A DNA stretch of 63,420 nucleotides, the filler included, from Choristocarpus tenellus KU-1152 (lineage: Eukaryota; Protista; Phaeophyceae), in NCBI GenBank assembly GCA_964200185.2. It is 11 parts of 11 records of this genome, joined end to end, with 100 filler letters (N's around TTAATTAATTAA, not from the genome) between each part and the next. Parts side by side here need not be neighbours in the genome. Positions count along the whole stretch, not along the records: positions 39,732 to 44,727 come from CAXNAD020012239.1; positions 44,828 to 48,637 come from CAXNAD020017802.1; positions 48,738 to 54,965 come from CAXNAD020008632.1; 8 more parts are not named here. One strand, 5' to 3'. Numbering within the stretch: the first letter of the stretch is position 1; each line of letters starts with the position of its first letter. Below the pieces are notes generated by a model that did no database searches, was not told the DNA's origin, and saw only the letters and a program-made list of their open reading frames with translations. Shown piece after piece: positions 40,009-52,736 of the stretch. The translations under genes and the position numbers were made by a program.

Positions 40009-43000
40009 CTATTTCAATTGGTGGGCGGAGTAGAAATGGCATTCCTCACCCTTCTCCCACAGCTCTACAAGCTTCAGGTATTCCTCGGTTAGAAGGTGCC
40101 AGAGATTTAGGCACATGGAGTGCCTGTCGTTCCATGGTTCAGGCTTCACCAGGCTCATGAAGATGGCCTTCCTTTCATGGAGGGCTTCCACATGCTCCAG
40201 ACGAAACGTGCTGCTGGGCTTCCCTCCACGACCGCTGAGCTTTAGCTGTGTGGGCTCATGGACGTAGCAGTCATCCCCAAGTATCAGATTTTTGGCCGCT
40301 CTGCCGGCCTTTGGAGTCTGAACCCATGGTCGTATATGACCTGGGTAAGGATTTGGGTTTGAACTCGGTACTGCAATGAAGCAGGTTTTGTTGCTGATCG
40401 TAGGAGCTCGGTAACACATGCCTCCTCAAAAGCTTCGGTGATCCCCACGACGGATGCATCGCTGGAGTCGACCGCGTCCTGCATCAGAGTGAAAGTATGT
40501 TAGAAGGTACGAGTTTTGCCCTGTTTGTCCATTTGGGACTTGCCTTCCCATGGGTTCTTTTATGATGCTTTCCTACTCCAAAATGTTTCGGAGTGGGTAA
40601 AGTGTATACGTTATGAAAAGGTGTGTCCAGAGCATGGATATTGATCATTCCTAACAAACACAATAGCCAAAATTACATCAAAATTGCAACATTGGATTTT
40701 GGTCCCCAAATGAACGGGTGTCTACCTTCTAAGATACTTTGGCTCTCACACAGTCGTCATAACCATGCGCGGATGTTTCGTCGTCATCCTCATGCCTCGT
40801 AGTAGATGGCGCTGCATTTTCCGCACCTCCGCCTTTTCTCTGGCAGAAGCGAAGACGTCCGCAAAAAAGCTAGGTTCTAAATCTCTACATCATTTCCACG
40901 AGGCTATTTGAACAGTCTCATCTGTCCAGCACCTTCTCCCAACCTCTTCTTCCTAATAACCATCGTTTTGGCCTTCCCTTTACCTGTGCGGAAGGCTTGT
41001 CCCTATGTGAGTAACCTGATTATGTCAAATCAACCCTTGGTGTTGTTGACTTGGCATGGGCGCAGTTCGCACTTCGCTCCACAGTATCATCCTTCCTGTT
41101 CTCTCTACCCGTTGAGTCGGGATCGACGGACTCGTCAACACTGCTGCCCACCGCATGGACGTTTGGGGACATTCCGGGGTCACTCCTGACAGGCATGGAC
41201 TCTGAGTCCGTGCCTAGTCGCCCCCCCACGTCCTCCTGGACATCTTCCTCTGGACATGACAAAGCGTTACAATTGGGCCGGTCCCCATCGCCTTCAGAGT
41301 CATGTTCCAAGGGTGTGGTTGGATGCCTTCCCCCATTTAGTGTCCTGCTTCCCACACCTACTGTAGGGATAGGTGGTGGCGTCTCCTGTTCCTCTTCATC
41401 ACCTAGTGGGTCGGGTCCTCCACAGGTATAGGTGTGGATACGCCACCAGCTATCGGTGTCTTTGCCCGCGTAAAATTGCAGAAGGTAGAGAGTTCGTCAA
41501 TGGGGAGTTGGATACGATCCGGATCGTGGTTGTCCCTGAGGGCGATGCATATGATTACGACGCCTCCTGATCGGGTCTGGAGAAGGGTGACTGCTCTCTC
41601 GTGAGCAGCGCTCGTTTTGGACTTGAACTTGTCAAGGTCATGCTCGGATGTGGCGTTTTTCTCTGGCGTGATCACAATGTTTGTGATTCGTGTTATCTCT
41701 GTAATGGTGGATGAGTAGGCAAAGGACGAGGCGAAGTAGGAGGCAAAACAACGGGAAGAGGGGCTAGGGTTAGGAGGCAAAGGATGAGACAGAGGTTGGT
41801 GAAAAGGAGTAAGCGAAGGAGGATATAGAGGAGGAGGCAAAGGCTGAGGAAAAGATGGAAGGAAAGGAGTACGTGCGGTTCGTCGTACTTGGGCGGATTC
41901 TTTGCGCCCATAAATCAGGAAGACAAGTAGGGCTTGTAACATAGAGTTAAGAGGATGCGTATAGGACTATAGGGCATGAACCGCAACAAAAATTCCCACC
42001 CTGCGCTGGGTCGTGTCGATTGACACAACACAGCAAAATTATGAATAAATCTGTTCGACGAGCATCTTCGCAACATATTAACTCGAGAACCCTGCGTCAA
42101 TGTACAGTGTGAAACTGTCCAACGTCAGTAAGATCTGTTGGAGTCAAGGCGGTGTGTTTGGTGTAGGGAACAATATTTGATGTTCGTGTATGGCGATATT
42201 GTACAATATGTAATTGCTTGCCTGCGTCTTCGCCACTGGTGTTCAAGGTAACACCCTCTGATTATTTGACAATGTCCAGGTAGACTGTACCCTCCCCCTC
42301 ATCCTCCCACAACACGAGGTCCCTTTTCACCTGTGGATTTTATAGAATTATATTAATGTGCGCAATCAGGGCGTTTATTGTGAGGTGACTTGTTACGAAC
42401 TCAAATACGGTGGACAGATGAGAGGATAAACCTGACACTCCCTTGAGTACCTCTTCACTCAGGATGTATTGTTTCTTTAGAGCAGGCTTTTCCGAAGACC
42501 CAGCTGAGGAGTCGTTGGAGTCGGGGTCAATCTCGAGCTCGTCTTTCCTCTTGAGGTCGTTCATAACCCGGACGGCAACCTCCAGGACAGCCCTTTTGAT
42601 GAGGACATCCTTGGTGTGCATTCTCCTTAGGTATGCCCTTTTGATCTTCCGCGGTTGCAATGCCCATTCTTCCTCGGCCTGTGCGGCAGTGGAATTGTAT
42701 CGTGTGGATATATCTTCCACATGGACCTCCTGTGCTTGGCTGTCTGGAGGTTCGCTCCGAAGCCTGAGGCCCATCGCATTGTGACATGGGCCAGGAGGTT
42801 GATGCCACATGGGATATTATCCTCTTTCGCCACGCACTCGATGACCCTCAGGAGCATTATTCTATGTTGTCCATTCAGACATAACAAGACGTTATCATCA
42901 TCGTCCGGATCCCTAGCATTGCCATCCTCATCTAGGTCCAAGTTGCCGCTGGCAATGTACTGCACGAGCAGCTCACCGTCGGACACACCAGAGGGTATCT

Positions 43001-43291
43001 TTGCCCTGCGAATGTGAACCTTGAACTTAATGATGGTTTTCCACCTCGAGCACAAGAGAGAAAGGCTGTCCACTCAGGATCCCCACGAACTTATCGGCGG
43101 CAACCTGTGGGTCTGGCCCCAGCTTTGAAAACATGAACTCTACCCTATCCTTGCCAAGAAGGTTGCCATTGTACCTCTGGGACAAGAAAGCAGATGTGAC
43201 CAGTTTGATCGTACGGGTCGCGCTGAGGTTTGACGTGAACAACTCTGTCGTCTTTTCCTCTTCAGGTTTCTTTGGGCCCCTGGCCGACTGC
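40009..43291 (-). pseudogene. Frameshifted gene with a ParB/Srx-like motif (VLLCLNGQHRIMLL), a low-complexity acidic middle and an unknown C-terminal domain
   Basis: ORFs 43242-43027, 43073-42627, 42810-42340, 41942-41403, 41355-41020 and 40419-40009 chain together through frameshifts or introns. Acceptor CCTTCACAG at 43292. MITE insertion at 40487-40745. Confidence 0.55.
40487..40745 (+). mobile_element. MITE family A, full length (259 bp), TSD TCA
   Basis: TIRs GAGTGAAAGTATGTTAGAAGGTAC and CTACCTTCTAAGATACTTTGGCTC, with TCA on both flanks. Confidence 0.92.
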
Positions 43292-44375
43292 CTGTGAAGG
43301 TGGGGGGGAATTTTTTATGGCAACGATATCAGCAAACGAGAAGGATATCGACACAGGGGCGGATACTATTGTTAGGCGATGACAGCAAGGGTGTTGTTGT
43401 ATAAACAGTGATAGAGTATGTGATCAATGATGACAGGATCTGTAGGGAGTGCGAGGTTCGTGTCCATGCATGGGCTAGGCAAACGTGAGATGATAAGGCA
43501 ATGCGATGTTGTCATCATGAGGACGGTGTAGCGCTTTCTGTGGAGACTGCTATTTGCAAACGTGCGTCAAACGGTAAACCCCACCGACATGAAAGGAATA
43601 TTGAATATGAGAACGCACCAATACTGTATGCAAACGAAAAGGATTTACGCGCCGACCCAGGTTAGATGTCAGGAGGGCAACCATGCACAGGTTTGTGTTT
43701 GACATAGTAGGGCAGACGGTAATGAAGAAATTTAATGTGTTTTGTCGGATGGCAAAGGCCATCAATTTCCAAAGCACGGCAAGACGGTTGGGGATGGTGT
43801 GTGCCTATTTGAAACAAGAACCCTAAGCAGGAAATTATTAAGTCGGACCGCAAAAGTGAAAGCAGGAACGCACCAGTTTCAAACGAATATGGCAATTTTG
43901 GAACGTACTTCGAAGTAGAAATTTGGTATGTTCTACCGGTTGGCAGAAGCCATCAATTGAGGTTATCGCGGTTTTTTTACTAAACTACGCGCGCGTAATG
44001 ACACCACCGCGCGAGTTAAATCGAGATTGTGTTTGCGATGCGATACCGACCTTATCGGAAAGGTTCCAATCGTATCGGAGCCCTAACACGTGCGTATCGA
44101 TGGTGTCACCACGTAACATTCAACAGACGGATGTTGTGGTGTGTGGAATTGGATCGTGGAATCTTAGTTCTATTTCGGATAATTTGTCTGATTACTCTCA
44201 ACATATGTCACTGCAACCCATGTTCCATTTTCGGAAAAAGGTTCGGTTGAATTCGTTGGAATTAATTCTGACGATAGCCGCTGCATTGCAACTACGTCAA
44301 CATGTTAGATGTGAGGTGAAATCTGTCTCTTTGCGGATTGGGTTGAGTGTTCGAGAGATGTAGGTAATTAATGTT

Positions 44376-44412
44376 GGTTAGGGTTAGGGTTAGGGTTAGG
44401 GTTAGGGCTAGG
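44376..44412 (+). repeat. Interstitial telomere-type (TTAGGG)n, about 6 units
   Basis: ggttagggttagggttagggttagggttagggctagg. Other tracts at 58228-58251, 12646-12659 and 10456-10470. Confidence 0.9.
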
Positions 44413-44600
44413 ATCATGGGTGTTGCCTTCAGGGCTTACATTGTCAGCGACTGGGGTGGCATAAGACAGCTTGTGAACGGTTTCGATCAAACAAATTATA
44501 GATCCCGGAGTAGTGATTTTGGTGATACCACTATTGACAGCTGGTTTGTGTACACGGTTCTAAATGGTGATAAATACGGGGACATCTAATTTGAAATGTT

Positions 44601-44727
44601 GAGCCAAAGTATCTTAGAGGGTACAGTCCTGTCCATTTGGGGGCCAAAGTCCAATGTTGCAATTTTGATGTGATTTTGGCTATTGTGTGTGTTAAGAAGT
44701 GTCAATGTCGATGTTCTGGACACACCT
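44601..44727 (-). mobile_element. MITE family A, partial (runs into contig end)
   Basis: GAGCCAAAGTATCTTAGAGGGTAC..GTCCATTTGGGGG. Confidence 0.88.
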
Positions 44728-44827
44728 NNNNNNNNNNNNNNNNNNNNNNNNNNNNNNNNNNNNNNNNNNNNTTAATTAATTAANNNNNNNNNNNNNNNNN
44801 NNNNNNNNNNNNNNNNNNNNNNNNNNN

Positions 44828-44938
44828 TACCTACTCCGAAACATTTCAGAGTAGGAAAATGCCATAAAAAAACCATGGGAAGCCAAGCCCCAAATGGACA
44901 AACAGGGCAAAACTCATACCTCTAAGATACTTTCACTC
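44828..44938 (-). mobile_element. MITE family A, partial (contig start)
   Basis: CCTACTCCGAAACATTTCAGAGTAGG..CTCTAAGATACTTTCACTC. Confidence 0.88.
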
Positions 44939-44953
44939 AGAACTTCAAAGTAC

Positions 44954-47225
44954 CTTTCGAGGGTTCTCCTGGTGAGTGACCTCTCCCCCTCCAGTTCCAC
45001 CTCCAAAACCCTTCTCAGGTTCTCAGTTGCATTGGCTGCCACCTCCTTCTGCTCCTGCTGATGTCGGGCACTACATAAGGCCACCTCCTGAGAAATGATC
45101 TGCATGGCCTCACCCTGCCAGTCACCATTCAGGAAAACTTGCATTAAGACCAAACCCGATTTCCCCCTTACATAGCTGTTTTCTTGTGGCAACAGGAATA
45201 CATACTAGTATAGATCAGGTCCATAAAACTTTGTTAATATACATAAATGTACTCAAGGGTAGATATTATACTGGTGTTCTACATCATTGTAAAATGTACA
45301 TCGATATGCAAAGGAGTCAAGCATAGGTTTGATTGCCAATGAATGGTGCTTCACAGTACGTTGCTACAACAGAAGAGCACAAGAAAGAATGAGATGAATT
45401 TCAGCTGTGATTTCCTCCAGTTTCAGTTTGTTACTGCTTTTAAGGGGGCAAACAAACGGTCCCTTTCATACCTCTCTATCTGTGCCCCTCATCCCCAACA
45501 CAACTTGACATCCCTGTGATTATAGGATAGTTGTATATGCATCTGAAAAAAGAAGAATGAAGGGAAAGGGGTCTGGGAGTGGACGGGTGATGCAGGAGGA
45601 CCCAGGGTCAGTAGGATTGGGAACTTGAATTCAAATATACTGTACAATTTTCCATACTGTATGTGTCACTATTGAGGTTGGGTTTGGGGTCATGACAATG
45701 GTATGAAACTAACAGCATATATATATATATATATATATAGGATCTGAAGAGTCATTTGAACACTAGGTACAAGGACCTTGTGGTATAAGAAGGGGCAGGA
45801 TGGGGTATGGTGGACTGCAACATAGTGGATTAGGTTGGGACTGGAGTGGATGAGTTGGGATTGTGTGGGGGACAGGGAGTAGGGAGCAGAAGGGTGGGGT
45901 GGAGACTTGGGGAGGTTAGGAGGAAGGATCTCACAGGGCGATGGTGTGGTGCAGGGGAAGAATGGGTACCGGTATAGACAAGTGTGGGACCAAGGCTGGG
46001 CCATGGTGGTAACAGGGAGCAGGAGGTGGAGGAATACATAACTAACACATTACTGTATAGTAGAACCACTTCAAAGGAAGCACACACATTAGAATGAAAG
46101 AGAGGTGAGGTAAGGACAAAACTTGCTTCCTATGAACATGTACAATCTACAATGGTCCTATTAAAGGGGGTGCATCCCTAGCGCCAACGAAACATTACAC
46201 TTAGTACCTGCTTAGTACCTGCTTAGTACCTGCCTTGCCAGAACTGACCTCCAGCAATTCTTGTAGCTCTGAGGTCCCTTCTTCTAATGCCTTGCCCAGT
46301 TCAACCTCGGTCCTCTTCACTTCTTCCTCTGTCGTTCTCTCCTCAGCTTCTCGGAGCGCTTTCAGGGCAGTCTTTGCAGCTAAAGATGCCTCTTTCCTCA
46401 TGTCATCAATCTTGGTCTTTGAATCACATTCATGGGTCGGCAACAAGGAGATCACAAGAGTCAAACTCGACCCATGTTGGGTTGACAAGTGACGAGCATT
46501 CCTTCATTTACAGGCACTACTTGGAGTATTGACACCCATTCCTCTTTCACCTCAGTATCTCCCTTCCATTTCTGTTGGAGGGACAGACAGGTCCAATTGA
46601 AAGCTGCTTCCCCTTGCTCCACAGTCCTGTGTATCATACACATGCACAAAAGCAAATAGAGAGTCAGGAGGGGGAGACGGTTGTGTTGAGAGGTGCTCTA
46701 CACACTTGGTAGGGTGTTGATTGTAGTGCATTTCCTGTGGCAAAATGAAATATGATTTCATGAAATACGGTGTATTCTGGAAAGGATCGGTTACAGGTCC
46801 CTGTAGAATGTTTACTGTCTCTAGATTTTCATGCTATAATGATAAAAGGATTTGGGAACGTTTCTGGACCTCTGGAAGTTACATTGTTGTTCTAAACATC
46901 TACAGGTGGACAAGAGGGAGTCCCACATGCCCACTTCCAACTTCAACCTGTCTTGGAGTTCCAATTGAAGGTTATTTGTTCAGTCCAAAGGTCTCATACT
47001 AGCACCCACACAACCCAGGTCCACCTAAATGGGGGAGGGAAGGAAAGGTACCTTGCCTGCTGGTCCCTAGCTTCAAACCAGAGCTCTTTCCTGAGCTCTC
47101 CCATGGTGAAGCCCTTTCCTCGACTCAGTGACTGCCTCAACCGCATAATGGTCCGATCTCGCTCCAAGCGGTACTTCACCGCCAGTTCCTCTACAAAAAC
47201 CTTGGACTTTTCCTTGTACTCTCGT
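44954..47225 (-). CDS. Internal exons of an unknown coiled-coil protein: 47225-47052, 46626-46536, 46416-46249, ~45150-44954
   Basis: E/K/R/L-rich helical peptides (REYKEKSKVFVEELAVKYRLERDR.., TKIDDMRKEASLAAKTALKALREAEER..). The first three exons join in phase through GT-AG. Confidence 0.6.
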
Positions 47226-47507
47226 CTGCGGGCACAAACGCACGAGCACAGGACTCAGAAAAACGCACGCAGTCCAAGATCACGCTTGCAAAACCAGAAG
47301 TGCAGCGAGTGACACCCGAGGAGTGAACCGAACCAGTCCATCAACGTTCATTTCAGGTTGATCTTATATTTCTAAATCCTTGAAGGGTTAGTATTTATCC
47401 TGTTCTGATTGGACAAAGGTACTGAAAGGGATGGGGACGTTAGGGGATAGGATACTAGCAGGCGTTTGTCGGGGCAAGAACTTCGGGAGAGAGAAGTTTG
47501 GGAGAAT

Positions 47508-47509
<2 letters not shown>

Positions 47510-47565
<56 letters not shown>
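47510..47565. repeat. (AC)n microsatellite
   Basis: About 28 perfect units. Confidence 0.98.
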
Positions 47566-47574
<9 letters not shown>

Positions 47575-50500
47575 TGTACTTGAAAAAACCCCAACTCTGA
47601 AGATTTTTTTTTCTAGTGTGGTAGTAAAAAAAAGAAAGAAGAGTAAAACGGTGGAAATAGCAAAGGTGGGTGTATGGTAGGACAACACACATCTAACACG
47701 TATGTTTGCTTTCTTCTTTCTTTTTCTTTATTTTATTCTGATGATTACGGTCCAAGCATGTATGTAGTTTTGTATTATAATGGCGTGTACCAAATGACTG
47801 AGCATCGCTGCAAGTCACGCATCAAACTAACGCCTGACAAAACAAAAAAACAACTGTACAATAAAACGACCAAGTTCAGGTATAGCATTTTGGTGATCAG
47901 ACTAAAAAAAAAAAAACACCAAAAAAAGTCTGCTGCTGCTGCAAAAAAAAAAAAAATGAAACACGTGTCGGGTTTGTGGGGGAACTTTGTACTCCAAAAA
48001 GAAAATCCTGGAAGTACACATCGGGGCTTTTCATCAGTCTGGGCCATGTGAAAGGGACCTGTACACCTGTTGGAATGAACAAAAAAATATTATTTGTTGT
48101 CCAGACTAGGTTCACCAAGTGCATGAACCTGTTCTGTCCGCTGACTGGACAGGTTCAACCCTTTTCCGACATGTCTGGACCAGGGGGTGACAAAAATTGA
48201 AACCGGACTGGGGTGCAGGATGGACCACAATCACAAAAAAATATATGTATGGTGCAATGCAAGTCAGGGTCAATCTCATGTATTCTCATCACAGTGGGGG
48301 GAAAGCAGTTGCTGGAGGCATGCAATAAAATCAAATGTTGTATACCCACACGTATTCAGATTTTTTAGCATGCCTGGCTCACAGGCCAGCCTGCAGCTAT
48401 GGCAACAAACTGCCCAGAGTGGTGAAAAGCCCTGGTACACATGTCCCCAAAGTGTATATGTGTATATATATGTACACTATGAGCATGTACTAGGACAGGT
48501 CATGGAAATAATAACTTAGCGAGGGGAGGGAGGGGGGGGGGGGGGGGGGGGGAAAAAAAAAAATTTTTTTTTTTTTGGGAAAGAAAAAAAAAAAAAAAAA
48601 AAAACGGGGGGGGTTGGAAAAAAAAGAAACCCGGAAANNNNNNNNNNNNNNNNNNNNNNNNNNNNNNNNNNNNNNNNNNNNTTAATTAATTAANNNNNNN
48701 NNNNNNNNNNNNNNNNNNNNNNNNNNNNNNNNNNNNNCCCCCAGATACTTTAACCCCAACATCTCCCACAAAATATATATATAAATATATTTTTTCCCCT
48801 TGAAAGGATCTGACCTGAGGTCCCATTCGCATCAGGAATCTCTTGTCTTGGACCCTGGTACATGCAGTCACCGACGAAAGTTGTGATGGGCAAGGAGGGG
48901 AAAATATTTAGAGCCCTGAAGGTTGAGAAGATGAGTAATCTTTCTTTCTGTTTCGTCATCTCTAAGGTATCGTGACTCCTCGCTATTTGTTCAATTGAGT
49001 ATCGTGGAATTTAGTTGCGCCCTTGCCCTCACACCCAAATAAATGCAAAGGGCAACAACTGCATGTTAAAACGTTTGCTGTTCCACCTATTTCTGTTTGC
49101 GTGGTGGTAATTTGATATCGTGTGCACCGTACCATTCCCTTGACAGTATATTCCCAGGAACATTGTAGCACTCAAGTGTGCATTTTGACTAAAGGAACAC
49201 ATCCTGGCGACAGAGCCTTTTACTGGGAGCTCAGTGCAGTGCAACAGTTCAATAAAACCGAGTAAATAGGTCAGCCCTTTGAAATGGAACCACACATAGA
49301 AGATGGTACGGCTTGCTATATTGGCTCAACAAAAGTGTCCTAGCTTCTGGTGAAGTGATTTGAGAGTGATACTGATGGTCTCTTAGAATCCCAGGGGGAG
49401 AGGAGGCCCCGGTATGAAAGAGAGTAAACGGTTAACGTTTTTCTCCTCATAAGCCCTATATGTTGACCCTAGGTATGTTTCAATGAGAGGTGAGGACCTC
49501 TGTAAAATTCTACACAAAAGTAGTGGTGCAGTTCCCAGGTTGAGGATTTCCTCAAAATGCAATATCTTGCATCGACACACACTCAAAACATTAATTGTGT
49601 CGGCTCAGGTAGTTTTTTTGTGCCAGCTGTTGTATTGACATCTCGAATTTGTTGTCCTACAGTGTGACGACTTGTCCTAGTTTATGTCCCATTATTTGCA
49701 ATGGCAACAGCACTCGAAATTGTAGGTATCACGATGAATCATCACATATTTCTCAGTTTGCAATATCGTAGAACTATTTGTTGCTTGGGATCATCACAGC
49801 TCGGTCAGTTGATGAACCGCGCCGAAGCAAAAGCGTAACCCCCAACTTGAGGAGTACTTTATTTATATGAGTAGTTACAGGACGAGTGACATCTTAGAAT
49901 ATGAAAACCAAAGCCTTACGATAAAGACGGCCGATGCTGAAGACTCCCCCACCCTAAACGACTCGCGTTGCATGACCACCACCCTTGTATGCTGCTTTGC
50001 TCCAACGGACAACCCTCTATATTGGGTGAGATTGATAGCTGCGCATTGCTGAGAGCACCAAGACATCCAACATGTCACCTTATTGCTTCACTTGTGACCA
50101 GGTATTCCCCCGTGTACTCGCAAATAATTTCGCCCTTTTCAACTGCTTCAAGGACGAAGAGACCCATCCCTGCTTCAGGAATAGTCGACTCGCTGACCTT
50201 CAGACGCTGCCAAAGGGGGCATTGAAGTCAGACCTATTACGACTCGGACAATATTCGAGACTAATCCCCTATTTGCTTCTGTAAACTCAGCAAGCAATTT
50301 CTTGTGAACGAAAGTCTGTAATATATGCTTTCCAACTCAGGAAGAAAACAGAGGGGACTCTGAAACACGATAATCATTGTTCTTTACCTTGGTTGTAGAC
50401 ATCTTCCTGATGTTTGATAGCTCTTCCCAACATCGGTTGCTTAACAGGGACGCTGTTTGGCGATTACTCTGAGGACATTTACTTTCCGGAGCAGCACACC

Positions 50501-52556
50501 CGACAGTCATTGAGGGTCCTCCCATCCACTTTCTCCATGATTTCTTAAAAGAGCTAGAATCTTTGTTGGGTGATTGTTTGGTCGGTGCCTGTGTATGGAG
50601 GCAGGAGGGCGAATCAAATAAAATGTGACGGTTACGCGTATTTCTATGTTATTGTCGTAAGGAATCTAATATAACATCAAAATGAAAAATATGTTTGATC
50701 GCTTCCTCATAAATCTCATCCACCCCAATAATAAAGAAATTTGTAGTTCTTTCTTGTTGTGTCTTTTTAACATAATATTATAGTTTTGAAAATGTAACCC
50801 TACTCTGATATACGCGTAATAATATAATATACGCGTATCCATGTAGGCTCTACCCGTATACATTTGGTATATACATAATAATAAAACAATTGCGTGGTAC
50901 TACAACTACTAAATAGTAGTGTACTTCTCATTTTAACTACGAAATGGACCTTAATCGCGCAATGATCGCTCTGCCTCGTCCAGGTCTTTCATTTTTTCTC
51001 GCGCATTGGGTTCAATCACCCCAAAACTCGTCGGTCCCCTTTCCCCCTCAAATCTCGTGCGATACTCACTGGACCAAGATGAAGGCTTACAACCACCATA
51101 CCATTTCAGTTTTCACCCATAAATATTTTTGTGCATTAGGGACAGGCAGGAGGAGTAGAGGTGTATCATTCTCATGGTTGCCATGTGGTCCATCAAATAA
51201 AAATCTCCCTACATATGAAGGATCTGGCTTTGACTGGGTTCCTTTCACAGAAGCTGGTAGACTAAATTATTATGGGAATCTCATTTATTCACACAGTAAG
51301 TGTGACAATAACAAGCTCATTTTATTGGCTTGTTGTCGATGTGTTGGCTTGGGGAAACTCTCCTCCCAACATGTCAAGTATATATGGACGAACAGACAAA
51401 CGAGACTCCTAAGTTAAAAACTTACATATAATAATTGAAGTAGAATATTATTGAAAACAAGAAACGGATTCCCTCCAAAATCTGGAAGCATTGTTGTTCT
51501 ATTTACGATTGACGTGGATGATCACCAGAAAAGTATTGAATGATTGTTCTGTCTATATAGAAACGGGTTCTACCCTGAATGTTTGCTTTCGTCCACAAAA
51601 AAGTATGTTTTACTGGAATATATTAAACTGTGTTTGCGACGCAGAGATGGGATAGGTGGAAGACAAAGCAAACGAGAGGCGCCTAGGTTTTACCGGTTTT
51701 CCAGCTAATATTTTGCAATTCACCCACATTTCTACGGGTGAAGTGCTAAGGCTGACTTGAGAGGGTTGGTTTCTCTGTAGTTTGAAACTTTCGACACAAC
51801 TCGGAAAATATCCTTGAAAAAGTCGAATTTTTCACATATTTGCTGGTATCCTTAAAATGCAACTCTGGGTACCTCTTGTTTACTTCGATTCATTGCACTG
51901 TAGCATTAATGACAGAGGAAGGAACAGGAAAGAACAGGGTATACCATGCAAAGACCAGTCATTCCAAATGTATACTGTGGAGTGAAGGTGGTTATCACAA
52001 AAAAATCAATCGATCATATCACTTCTTGTCTCACATCTCCAAATGCCAGTAGTGGACATAGGATAATATGAATGAATTTGAAGTCCACACTCTGGAAGTA
52101 CACAACTCAGGATGGACACTGAGACGGGCTCAGGGTGAACTCACCTGTCTCCTAAACAGTAGGGTCCATTTTGATGACTTTTATACTTTTGACCTCAACA
52201 TCTTCATAAATGGAAAGCATCGTTTGATTGATCAACACATAGGCAAAACAGTTCCTGGACGATGAACTGGCGACTCATGTTATGGCTGGTAAGAGGGGGG
52301 ACTTGGGGGTTTCACCTTGAAGGGAGCGGTAAAGGTATGCCTGCGAAGGGTTGCGACGGATTGTGTTGGAAACTGCATAACTGGTGATTTCAAGGCATAT
52401 CATTCACTTCAAGCTGGAGACACTGAGTCAGTGGATGAGGAGGGACTTGACAAACTCGTGGAACTCTTCCCTTGTTTCTACATCGCCTTCATCATGTCAG
52501 TCTAGGAGTATATTTCCAGGTGCGTGTGTCAATCAGCAATATGTTTTTTTATTGCT

Positions 52557-52736
52557 GGCTCAAAATATCTGTGGGGGGGAGGGCGGCTGTCCATCTGGGG
52601 CAATTTTTTTCATGTCGCAATTTTTGTGTGATTTGGTTGTATACGGCGGATGGATAATGCAAGTGCACTTTTCCTGGTCATGGCCCAAATGGACACCCTG
52701 GTGTAGACCTCCCCCCCCCCACAGATACTTTGGGTC
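52557..52736. mobile_element. MITE family B (180 bp), related to family A
   Basis: TIRs GGCTCAAAATATCTGTGGGGGG and CCCCCCACAGATACTTTGGGTC, flanked by TGCT on both sides. Matching termini at contig starts 48738-48756 and 55066-55086. Confidence 0.75.

Noticed and set aside
44371-44589. VRVRVR ORF, or a true chromosome end
   Set aside because: Translation of TTAGGG repeats. The tract is short and internal to the contig.
44601-44938. Two MITE halves across the linker as one copy, implying the contigs are adjacent
   Set aside because: The outer flanks (GTT versus AGA) do not form a TSD. Contigs here often break inside this repeat, so coincidence is sufficient.
47388-47692. CVCVCV and THTHTH ORFs
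   Set aside because: Translation of the (AC)n microsatellite.
48124-48157. Hairpin TGAACCTGT..ACAGGTTCA as a terminator or Helitron end
   Set aside because: No U-tract or correctly placed CTRR follows, and it occurs only once.
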